Positions 37,296 to 47,400 of a stretch of DNA of 64,000 nt are shown here, piece after piece. Position 1 is the stretch's first letter; the number at the start of each line of letters is the position of its first letter. The DNA comes from a virus. Taxonomy: Duplodnaviria > Heunggongvirae > Uroviricota > Caudoviricetes. The stretch lies in the IMG/VR virus record IMGVR_UViG_3300035701_000012; one strand, given 5' to 3'. Position numbers and translations under genes: made by a program. Under the pieces are notes generated by a model, which had not been told where the DNA came from, did no database searches, and worked only from the letters and a program-made list of their open reading frames with translations.

Positions 37296-37775
37296 ATGAC
37301 GGACTTTGAACTATTCGTAGAAGCTATATCAATAGCAGGAGTCGTTTGTTTTGCAGCTATAGTGATTCATCTGAGAAAAATGAACAAACATTTAGATGCT
37401 GTAAACAACCACACATATTATGGGACAGGATTTCTGAAAGAGATAAAACAGCATATAACCCGACCCAAAATCGAAGATAGACCTGTAGAAAGACCACAAA
37501 GACCATTGCAACAAGAACAATATTATGAACCAAGACCACAACCACAGAGGCGACCTGAATCACAATATGAAACTCCTATTCAACATGAACCACTCTATGA
37601 ACCAAAACCACGACCACAACAGCAGCAACCTATCCCTCTTCCTGAACAACAAGAGAGGAGGGATACTTATCCTTCTTCCAATCCAATCTCAGATAGGGAA
37701 GCAGAACCGCCAAGAAGAAGCCTTAAACCTATAGATTTAGCCACTTTAAAGCAATTTCAAGAAAAAGATGCGTAA
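37296..37775 (+). CDS. membrane-anchored Q/P/E-rich protein
   Basis: N-terminal TM, low-complexity PQ-rich tail. Confidence 0.45.
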   Translation: MTDFELFVEAISIAGVVCFAAIVIHLRKMNKHLDAVNNHTYYGTGFLKEIKQHITRPKIEDRPVERPQRPLQQEQYYEPRPQPQRRPESQYETPIQHEPLYEPKPRPQQQQPIPLPEQQERRDTYPSSNPISDREAEPPRRSLKPIDLATLKQFQEKDA

Positions 37776-38079
37776 TTATTATCATCAATCTAAGATGGTA
37801 AGAGATGATACTATGAGTCTGGAAAAAGATATACTATCCAATAGAGTTGTGGAAACAATTTTGAACTTAGGATATTCAGAGAAAAAGTGCAATGTTTCCG
37901 CATTAGGTTTTGACACAAAAACAACATATTCACACATGAGTATGAGTATAATTCCACATCTGGAAAAGTTAGGAATAATTACAACTGAAAAGATGGGAAG
38001 AGAAAAGATAATAAAATTAACAGCTAAAGGCAAAGAACTCTTTGAAATATTTCAAAGAATTGAGAAACTTCTAAAATAA
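37768..38079 (+). CDS. winged-helix transcription regulator candidate
   Basis: SALGFDTKTTYSHMSMSIIPHLEKLGIITTEK resembles a MarR/ArsR-type wHTH. Confidence 0.4.
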   Translation: MRNYYHQSKMVRDDTMSLEKDILSNRVVETILNLGYSEKKCNVSALGFDTKTTYSHMSMSIIPHLEKLGIITTEKMGREKIIKLTAKGKELFEIFQRIEKLLK

Positions 38080-38412
38080 TCACCGATTCCAAGTATCATG
38101 TTTCATCTCAGAAGGATTGAATTTTTCTTTCAAATATTTCAAGACTTTATCATGGTCAAAATCTCTACAGCTAAAAATATCAAGATTAATCAGGTTCGTT
38201 TTGTCAAAGGTATGGATTGCTATATGAGACGTGCAGATGATAACCACACCTGTCCATCCGGGGTCTTCTGGCAAACCTTTCACGACAATCGGTGGTGTAA
38301 GCTTGTCCATCTTGATTCTGTCGGGCAATTCGTCTAAAATATTATAAATAAATTCTTGACCAACATCTTTAAGGTCGCATTTTATATCAACTACTAAGTG
38401 TCTTCCTGACAT
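38080..38412 (-). CDS. S-adenosylmethionine decarboxylase (SpeH/SpeD class 1b)-like small protein
   Basis: GRHLVVDIKCD...GWTGVVIICTSHIAIHTFDK...DIFSC...KYLKEKF parallels the archaeal SpeH layout, but has T-S where the self-cleavage E-S site is expected. Confidence 0.5.
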   Translation of the reverse strand: MSGRHLVVDIKCDLKDVGQEFIYNILDELPDRIKMDKLTPPIVVKGLPEDPGWTGVVIICTSHIAIHTFDKTNLINLDIFSCRDFDHDKVLKYLKEKFNPSEMKHDTWNR

Positions 38413-41400
38413 TTATTTACCTCTGAAAGCTAATATTGAAATTACAATAATTATTATAAGAACAATTATTGCAAAAATCATCAAAGGGCTTAGACCTATC
38501 CCTGCTTGAACTGTCTTGGTTGCGACAACATCAAAAGTTATTGAGTTCGCACTATCTTTGTATGTTCCAACAACATAGTATCTGTAAGGCACATTAGGTG
38601 GTTTCGGATAATATTTAGTAGCATCTGAAGGCAAACACATTCTGTAACTTACAGTTTTCTTTGCTACAGCAGGTATTGTTACATTCATAGTTCTCTTAGC
38701 TATATCTATGTCGCTGAATGAATTCCAAAGGCTTGACCCATCTCCGCTATCGTGAAATGAAAGTTCTATAGTTATCGGGTCATAATTCAGATTCGTAAGC
38801 GTTACATCTATATTATCACACTGACCCAATCCCATAGATTCGGTTTTTTTGTTCGTATCCATAGTCCATGTAGCGTTCAATCCAAGAGCTGCTCCTGTTA
38901 AGCCTATTCCTCCTGTTCCTCGAATGAGTTGAGATATTGTGAAATTCACTACGATTGTTTGCACTGTAGAATTGTAGCAGGTTATGTTGAAAAGATTTGA
39001 CCCTGTATGACCGAGATTGTTACTATCTGTGAATAAAGTATTATTAGCTACGAGAAATTCTCCGCTTTGACCATTTACATCCCAAACACAGGTATAATTA
39101 CCATTTGTTCCTGTTATGTTGAGAACAATATTGATGACTGTTCCGCCATCATAAATGGTAGAAACAGGCGAATAGAGTGTGATGTTGATTGATGGAATCA
39201 ATACAGTTATTGTGATATTGTTGCTAAATGAATGTGTGCAATTATTTTGGTCACAGGCGGAAACTCGTATTGAATAACTTCCTGTTGTCGAAGCATTTAC
39301 AGTCCAATTAAAATATGTATTTGTTGTATTCCCAATAAACCTTTCTTCAGATAAATGATAACCATCAGATAAACTGATATTGTAAAATATCGGGAATCCG
39401 TTAGGCGAACTTGAAGCATTCCATGTTATATTGATTGAATCTAATCCTGCTATGAATGAACCACCTGTTGGATTCGTTATAACAGGTGAAGTAGGCGGTA
39501 AAATCAGCGTGAAGGAAACATTTGATGAATTTACTATCCCTACTCCTGTTGCAGCATATATAATAAGCAAGTTACTGTTCGGAGTAACGTTGAACGTGAC
39601 ATTTCGGCAATTAGGTAGGGTAATATTCGGAGAACCATTCAAAGAATAGGAACAGTTTGTTATATCGTTAGAAACTGTATAATTCATGGAAATAATTGTA
39701 TCATTGTCTCCATGATAATATGTTGTATTTGTTGGCGATTGAACCGAAAGATTACCAGCGATATGAACCAAAGTAAAAGGTCTTGATAAAGCAAATGATG
39801 TCTGAGATGAATTGTCAATAGCGGTAACTCTGATTACATATTGAGTAGGAGTGTTAAAAGTGAAATTCGTTGAGTTCCAAACATAATAAAGATTCGGATA
39901 GTTGTTTTCTATTATCGTTGAATTGAACGATTCGTTTGCATTTAATAGAGAAATATTGTAGCTTACTATAGCAAATTCATTAGGAGACACACTCATTATG
40001 TATGTTATGTTAATCAATCCATCTCCATAACTTGTATTTTTTGGGTTAGTTAAAGCAGGTGCTGAAGGAGGTAGCCCACCAGCTTCTAACAAATCAGGTC
40101 TTATATCCGAACAGTTCTGACCGTATGAACCGTTGTCAAGATACCCATTAGCACATACATAATAATACAATGATTCATTTCCTTGATATTGATGTAAATG
40201 AGAATCTAATGTTCCTGAAAGATTCAACCAAGTTGTTCCTAAATCTGTAGTTATTTGTGTAGCATCGACTCTACTCACATTAGATATATACCAAGCATCC
40301 CATATCGCTGCTGTAGTTACAGGAACGAAAATAAAATACGAAGTAGGTGTTACTTTCACAATACTTCCATTAGCGTATCCTGATGTTGCGTTCACAGGAA
40401 ATGAAACAACGTGATGACTGCTGTATTGTGAATGAGTATGATTAAACGGAACAGTCGGGCTTAATGTGAATGTATTATCGCAGAATGGACTGAAGAATGG
40501 GTCTCCTGTTACATAACTCGAATTACAATACCAAACTTGTATAGAGCCAATTGATGTTGAATTCATATTCACTTCTAAAAATGAAAATGTAGATGAGTTA
40601 CTGACATTCAAAAACTGAACCTTTATTGCATACGATGTTGAAAGCATAGAAAAGTTCAAATGTGGTGTAGTTTCCATATCGTCTTCTGGGAAATTATAAA
40701 TCGCTGGATAGACTTCATTATCATCCATCGTGAATGACCAATTTATTGTTTGATTTGAATAAGTTACTCCTGCTGTCTGAAAACCTGAGCTTCTCGCTGT
40801 TCCGTTTACAAAAACGATTTGGTCTGTGATAGAATTGTTTGTTTTATAATAGAAAACTACCGAATCGTTGTCATACTGAATCGTATAATTCGCTTGAAAT
40901 TTACTTTTCCCGAATAGATTTGTTGAACTAATATCAACAGGATATTGATTGATATATGTTATCAACAACGCATTAATTTTTATCGTGAAATAAACCGTAG
41001 ATGATGTTGAATTTTGCGGAAATGTATCTTGACAAATAACATAAACATGATTCGAGCCTATTGAAACATTCGCCAAATTGAATCTCGTCAAAGTATTATT
41101 TGAGACCGAGCCAAGCGAAACGTTTGCTGTATCATTCAATGAATACCAGCATAATGAAGAGGTCGCTATATCATCTATTATTGTTATATTCAAATCTATT
41201 TGATTCGTTGGAGACGATACAAAAATAGTTGTATTCGTTGGATAGCTCAAATTGATTGAAGGCGGATTGTCAATTATTTCTGTGAAAAATGTTGTGTTAG
41301 TAGCGTTCTGAGGAAGACTGTCTTGGCAAGTTATTCCTATTGTATGAGACCCTGAAGTTGAAAAGTTAATATATTCTTGATAAGAGCTTCCGTTATTCAC

Positions 41401-43719
41401 ATTACTTATTGATACATTAGCCGAATTATCAACACTCTTCCAACAAGTCATAATAGATGCTGTATCATCGGTTACTGTGAAATTTAATTTCACTAAAGTG
41501 CTTCTTGAACTAACGGTTGTTGTCGTATTCAAAGGCGAATTTATTGTTATGATAGGCGGAGAATCAATAGTAGCTGTAACATTCTGAGGACTTCCAAACG
41601 ACATAGATTCAAGATTGCTTGGATAATCTAAGAAAACTTTCATGTTATCGCTTTCAGAATGATAAATATATCCGCTATCATATTGATTGAAGAAAGGTTT
41701 TAGAAGTGTATCATTTCCCAACGAGGTCGAATTGAATAGAATATAAGGTGTAGTAGTATCATTATCCGATACTTTAATATAACCTGCATAACCACTACTA
41801 CCGATGACTTTTAATTTGACATCATAAGTAACATTTACTAAAAAATCGAAGTCTTCTGTTGAACCGCTTGAGCAAAGAGCACCTTCACATTTTCCAATTT
41901 TCCAAGAAGGTTGCCAAAGCGAACCCCAGAGATTAGTTGACAATCCACTTGTAACAGTAGTATCTTTCCATCCTGTTCCCGAATATGGATTTAAAACTAA
42001 AATTATGTCTCTCCAAGTAGTTTTAAAATAAAATGTCAGACCATCTTCTCTTGTAAAGTTTTGGTCAGTCATGAGAACCATTTTGTCCCATCCACCACCT
42101 GTTCCTGCTGTGACATTTAATATATCATTTTGAAGTTTGAAACCTACAGAAAGATTGATGATAACAAATTTTGAAAGATTGAGTGAAGCTGTAGTGAAAT
42201 CATCAGCAAACATATATGCAGTATTAAATCTGCTTGTATTTTCTACATTAGAATTATTCCAATAGAACCAAATCGTGTAAAGAGAATTATTTGCTATAAA
42301 ATCAGTAACTCTCACATCTACTATTGTATTTCCTGTCGGACTGTTATTCACGATATAATAATTCAATGGGTTTGAAACATTCAAAGAAATATTGAAAAAT
42401 CTCAAGCTCGATAAATTATTCGATTGAGAATAATTGAAATTTGTATCATTCAAAACCAACCTGAAGGTAAAATTATTGCTTCCTTTCCATGTGTTATTTA
42501 TTATTACATTATTTTTTTTTGTCCAATCAGTTAAAAAAACAGGCGGAGATTCAGGCGAACCTAACTGTTGAGTTACAGGGAAAAACATTTTCTTGGCTGA
42601 ATTGACCCTTTGATTCTGAGGATACAATGATTTTGGCAAGTCTACATTAATTTTGAAGGTTTGATTAGCATATAAATCTGGGTCAGTATTGATAAATCCC
42701 CACCCGGTTGAGATAGAAAATGTTTCATTTCTTCCGAGAGCAGAATCTATTGCCATAGATTCTCCTATACCTGTTCCATTATCAACACCTGTAAAATATG
42801 ATGTGTTATATTGACCTGCTTTACTTATATCTTGTTCTGTTGTATTTTGGGCAGTTTGGAAAAATTCAAAAAGGAAACTTATACCTGCATTTGGAACATG
42901 AGCCCACGAATCATCTGACCTCCAAGTTTCTACTCCTATCCAAGCATCGTGCCTTGTAGTTCCATAATAAAATGTAAATATTTCTGTTGGATGACATGAT
43001 GCGGATGTAGCTTGAGATAGTTTATATCTCTTAACGAAAGTTCCGTTATATAAATGTGTCAAAGTCCAAACTGTAGCATGAATATCTACACCGCAGAATC
43101 GGTGCATTCCATCCCAACCATAATTCGGAGAAACAGGTGATGTTTCATTTACCGTAGGGTCTTGAATAAATAGTTGTCTTATACCATTTCTTTGAGTGTT
43201 GCTGACTCCAGAACATAGCCAATATATTGTTGAAGTAGTGTTGATTTTATATACACAATCTGAGAAAAATCCTACTGTTCCATCTGATTCTTTGATACCT
43301 GTGAAAGTATAGGCTACCGCACCTGTTTTGTTATAATAAATCCAATAGTCAGAAGTATTTGTCGTGAAATTTATGACAAAAATAGCAAAGGAATCGTTGT
43401 TACTTGCCCATACTCCAGAAGAATCCTCATAAAGATTAGACCCATTTATGATTTCAAAATTCACATTCTCGTTAAGACCTGTTCGGTTTGTAATTATTCT
43501 GATATCTTTGTATCCGTAGATTTTTGGAATATTCAATGCTGTCAGATTGATTGTTACGACCTCATCGGGTCTATAGATAGAATAGACATCGTTAAATGTC
43601 ATTTGAATCCTATTTTTATAGGATGTATCCCACCAATCTGTGGCGTGAACATTCATAGCCATTGCAAGAAAAATTATGCTGAACAAAATAACTATAAATT
43701 TTCTTTCCATCCTTTGCAC
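38413..43719 (-). CDS. giant (1768 aa) surface glycoprotein: signal peptide, very high N-x-S/T density, C-terminal TM anchor
   Basis: MQRMERKFIVILFSIIFLAMAMNVHA signal; C-terminal LSPLMIFAIIVLIIIIVISILAFRGK; dozens of sequons. Confidence 0.8.
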   Translation of the reverse strand: MQRMERKFIVILFSIIFLAMAMNVHATDWWDTSYKNRIQMTFNDVYSIYRPDEVVTINLTALNIPKIYGYKDIRIITNRTGLNENVNFEIINGSNLYEDSSGVWASNNDSFAIFVINFTTNTSDYWIYYNKTGAVAYTFTGIKESDGTVGFFSDCVYKINTTSTIYWLCSGVSNTQRNGIRQLFIQDPTVNETSPVSPNYGWDGMHRFCGVDIHATVWTLTHLYNGTFVKRYKLSQATSASCHPTEIFTFYYGTTRHDAWIGVETWRSDDSWAHVPNAGISFLFEFFQTAQNTTEQDISKAGQYNTSYFTGVDNGTGIGESMAIDSALGRNETFSISTGWGFINTDPDLYANQTFKINVDLPKSLYPQNQRVNSAKKMFFPVTQQLGSPESPPVFLTDWTKKNNVIINNTWKGSNNFTFRLVLNDTNFNYSQSNNLSSLRFFNISLNVSNPLNYYIVNNSPTGNTIVDVRVTDFIANNSLYTIWFYWNNSNVENTSRFNTAYMFADDFTTASLNLSKFVIINLSVGFKLQNDILNVTAGTGGGWDKMVLMTDQNFTREDGLTFYFKTTWRDIILVLNPYSGTGWKDTTVTSGLSTNLWGSLWQPSWKIGKCEGALCSSGSTEDFDFLVNVTYDVKLKVIGSSGYAGYIKVSDNDTTTPYILFNSTSLGNDTLLKPFFNQYDSGYIYHSESDNMKVFLDYPSNLESMSFGSPQNVTATIDSPPIITINSPLNTTTTVSSRSTLVKLNFTVTDDTASIMTCWKSVDNSANVSISNVNNGSSYQEYINFSTSGSHTIGITCQDSLPQNATNTTFFTEIIDNPPSINLSYPTNTTIFVSSPTNQIDLNITIIDDIATSSLCWYSLNDTANVSLGSVSNNTLTRFNLANVSIGSNHVYVICQDTFPQNSTSSTVYFTIKINALLITYINQYPVDISSTNLFGKSKFQANYTIQYDNDSVVFYYKTNNSITDQIVFVNGTARSSGFQTAGVTYSNQTINWSFTMDDNEVYPAIYNFPEDDMETTPHLNFSMLSTSYAIKVQFLNVSNSSTFSFLEVNMNSTSIGSIQVWYCNSSYVTGDPFFSPFCDNTFTLSPTVPFNHTHSQYSSHHVVSFPVNATSGYANGSIVKVTPTSYFIFVPVTTAAIWDAWYISNVSRVDATQITTDLGTTWLNLSGTLDSHLHQYQGNESLYYYVCANGYLDNGSYGQNCSDIRPDLLEAGGLPPSAPALTNPKNTSYGDGLINITYIMSVSPNEFAIVSYNISLLNANESFNSTIIENNYPNLYYVWNSTNFTFNTPTQYVIRVTAIDNSSQTSFALSRPFTLVHIAGNLSVQSPTNTTYYHGDNDTIISMNYTVSNDITNCSYSLNGSPNITLPNCRNVTFNVTPNSNLLIIYAATGVGIVNSSNVSFTLILPPTSPVITNPTGGSFIAGLDSINITWNASSSPNGFPIFYNISLSDGYHLSEERFIGNTTNTYFNWTVNASTTGSYSIRVSACDQNNCTHSFSNNITITVLIPSINITLYSPVSTIYDGGTVINIVLNITGTNGNYTCVWDVNGQSGEFLVANNTLFTDSNNLGHTGSNLFNITCYNSTVQTIVVNFTISQLIRGTGGIGLTGAALGLNATWTMDTNKKTESMGLGQCDNIDVTLTNLNYDPITIELSFHDSGDGSSLWNSFSDIDIAKRTMNVTIPAVAKKTVSYRMCLPSDATKYYPKPPNVPYRYYVVGTYKDSANSITFDVVATKTVQAGIGLSPLMIFAIIVLIIIIVISILAFRGK

Positions 43720-43771
43720 CTGCCTTTTATGTTATATACATATTGTATGTCCCTGAATAAAAAGATTTTTT

Positions 43772-44467
43772 TCAGCCTGTTGGAAGCAAAAACAATATCA
43801 ATAGCAACAAAATTGCCAAAATTAAAGTGAAAGCTAACCATTTCACAGGTTTTTTTCTGAAATCTTTCAACTTAAACAAAACAAACAATCCGATTATAAG
43901 CATGAAAAAAATCCATTTAGGAAGTATAAATCCATCGGAAGTAGTTTGCTGGGTTATAGTATTATTCGTATCATTCTGAAGAACAGAATTTTTTGTCCAA
44001 GACACTCTCCATCCGGTAGATAATCCACAATATAAAAACTGAGAAATCCCGGAATCTATCTGATTTGTCCCGAATGCTATCATGGTTTTTCTTAAACAAT
44101 CCTGCTTGACAACATCTATTGAAACAGGTATGACTGAAAAGTAGTTATCAGTAGTATCGTTTACAAAAATGAAATTTCTCACAGTTTGATTGTTCACAAA
44201 AAAATAAAGAGTAAAATTTGAATATGGCTGAAAATCATTCTTTGGATTGACTATTATGATAGATGGCGATGGTGATGAAAATTCCACAGTTATGTTGAAA
44301 TTGGCTGTATTACGAAAGTCAATCGTTCCATATCCTTCTGAAAGCGTATCATCAATAAAACTTCTGTCTGCTCTTACATAAGGCAAAAACGTATCGGGTT
44401 TTGCTGTGGCTATAAATATCGCCAAAAGAATAAACATCGCCAAGATTACTATCCAGAATTTATCCAT
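43772..44467 (-). CDS. membrane protein (signal peptide plus C-terminal TM pair) between the two giant genes
   Basis: hydrophobic N-terminus and C-terminus; overlaps the upstream gene by 8 nt. Confidence 0.55.
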   Translation of the reverse strand: MDKFWIVILAMFILLAIFIATAKPDTFLPYVRADRSFIDDTLSEGYGTIDFRNTANFNITVEFSSPSPSIIIVNPKNDFQPYSNFTLYFFVNNQTVRNFIFVNDTTDNYFSVIPVSIDVVKQDCLRKTMIAFGTNQIDSGISQFLYCGLSTGWRVSWTKNSVLQNDTNNTITQQTTSDGFILPKWIFFMLIIGLFVLFKLKDFRKKPVKWLAFTLILAILLLLILFLLPTG

Positions 44468-47400
44468 TTTTTCGTCTCCTCTTTTTACTTGCTCTTCTGA
44501 TAAGCCAAATCGTAATTATAATTAAAACTATGATTATCCAAAGCAATGGCGTAGAAAAAGCTCTGACTATTGCTGATGGAGAATCTTTGAAAACAAACGG
44601 AGATGTCATGAAATCGGCAAAAGCCTGAACTATTATTGGCACTGCTGGTATATTGGTAACTTCTACATCAATCGGTATGATTTTTGCCCAGTTTTGAGAC
44701 TTGGTTAGTATGTTAAAAGAATATCTTTTATATACTGTTCCATCGGGAACGCAAGTTGTCACATTAAAAAACGCTTTTCTGTTGTATTCTGTCGAACCTC
44801 CGGGAACTACCATAAAAAACGTAGTTGAAGTGCCATTGAATCTTGTCCAAGTTGCTGAATGGTCTCCCAAATCAACCAAAACTAATCCCAATTCTAAATC
44901 ATTTGCTTTTGTATTGCCTACTAAAAAATCATAAGTAAAACACTGAGCTTTATCCAATTGAATTATTCTATGGTCTGGTGTGAAATACCAAGTAACATTA
45001 CCACAATCTATCAAACAAATCTGTTCTTCACCGGGAGTGCAAACACCATCACCACATATATTCAATCCACCTCCACCACCAGTTAAAATCACTCCTCCTG
45101 TCACACCGCCACCACTTGGCGGAGCAGCAACAAATAAACCTAATGTGAAGTTGAGATTAATTGTCGAGTTTGTAATATTCAAATCGGTTACGTTGATTTG
45201 CCAATGACCAATATTAAAATAATCAGCAAAAGGCAGATACATGAAAAAATATCCTGTGCCATTGACAGTTGTATTGGTTTCATTCGCTAAAAAAAGAATA
45301 GATGAATTCGTAACATTCGGAGCATACCATCTAATCCTTATTGTTGCATTGTCATAATATGTTCCATTTGACTGATAAAGATGACCTGAAACAAAACCTT
45401 GCTCATTCGTAAGATATTGTATATTACCTACACTTGCTGTAAAAATAATTGGTGGAGGCGGTAGCGGAATAAATTCTACTGTGAAATTAGTTGTAATCAA
45501 ATCTGCTGAATGAACAGGTATCATTAAAAAGATAGTCACAAAAACCAAAAGCACGACCATTATCGGCTTTTTTGAATCATTCTTGAAAAGATAAATGCAA
45601 CCAAATGCTGACGAACCCACTAATATTAACATGATAATGTTAATAACATTAACAGGATAATAACTCGCCATTGGGTCGATGATTGCTGAAGGCACTGTAT
45701 TTTCCTGAGTAGCGACAACTCTTCCGATAGGCTCTGTGCCGTAGCTTATCCAAACTTCATTCGGGTCTATCTGAATTTCCCTGATAACGCTATAAGTTCC
45801 AACCGGCACTTGAGGTCTTAATTTTACTATGAACGAAATGTTTGTCAACATTTTTCCTACAGTTTCAACCTCTAATGGTTGGCAATGAGGAGTCGAATTT
45901 GTTGATTCATTGAATTGGTCAATACAATTTCCATTGCTATCCAAAAACCAATAATTTATTCTCACAGGAAGATAATTTGTATCATTGAATCCTGCCTTCA
46001 AAGGTATGAAAATACTGTAATTGATTGTAAGCGATGATGTTTCGTTCAATATTAAATTTGTTATGTTCTCTGATAGCAATACGCTTTGGTTTGTTCTGAA
46101 CAAATAATTCCAAAGATTATTCACAACCGTATTAGTATTGGCAGTATAAATTGTGACCTGAGTTCCATTTAGGTCTGTGAGAGTTCTATATGAAAACGAC
46201 CAAATGTCTGCTGCGGTCACATTCACGAATGTGGTGTTATAGTATGTCAGCGTTCTTTGAGTAGAATTCCAAATATAGAGAGCTTGTGTTTGATAATCAA
46301 AAACTGTCAGGCTTCTATTTGGGAAATTCCAAACATCTTCGCCTGTTATGTTCGCCATACCTTTGAGGATGCCTATTATTTCTGTATTATTGTAGTCCGT
46401 AAGAGACCTGACTGAAAAGTTCCAAACATCTGATGCTGTTATGTTTGACAACCCATTCAGCAATCCTATTATTTCTGTGTTGTTATATTCTGTCAGAGAC
46501 CTGTTTCCAAAAGTCCAAACATTTGCTGCTGAAAGATTCGACAATCCATTTATCAAACCGATGATTTCAGTATTGTTATATTCCGTCAAAATTCTGTTGG
46601 AATAAATCCAAACAGATTGGGCGGTGAGATTAGAAAGATTGTAAAATCCCTGACCGATTGTTACATTTATATCAGAAAGTATGATATAGATTCCACTGAG
46701 ATTGTAATCTGAAAGTGTGCGGTTTGTATATGCCCAAACTTGTCCTGCTGTCAAATTAGATTGACCTAATAAAATTCCTTTAATTTCAAAGGTCGTATCG
46801 TTGATTCCTAAAACATATCCTTTCATCTCACTCAAATTATAATCCGTTAAAACTCTTGATGCAAACGACCATACTTGGTCGGCAGTCAGATTCGATAGTC
46901 CGAGTAGGATTCCCTTGTTTGTATAAACTGTGCCGTTGATGTCTATCACGAACCCACGAATCTCGCTAAGATTGGCTTCTATATTTGAGAAATTTATTCC
47001 TGATGTATTATAGAAAGTAAGTGTCCTATTGGAATAAGACCATACTTGGTCAGCTGTCAAATTCGCCATGCCTTTTATCAATCCATTATTTTCATAGACT
47101 GTGCCGTTGATGTCTATCACGAATCCATGAATTACTGAATTGTTGTAGTCAGTCAATTCTCTGACCGTATAATTCCAAACTTGTCCAGCTGTCAGATTCG
47201 ACAAACCAAGCAGGATTCCTTTGTTTTCATAGGTCGTTCCGTTTATTTCAATGATTATAGATTTTATTTCACTCAAGTTATAATCTGTTAGAGTTCTCGA
47301 TGAAAAACTCCAAATTGCTGAAGGTGTTGTCGCATTGAATGTTAGGTTAAATAACAAATTTTTATTGATGTAAACAGTATCATTAATGTCCACGATGTAT

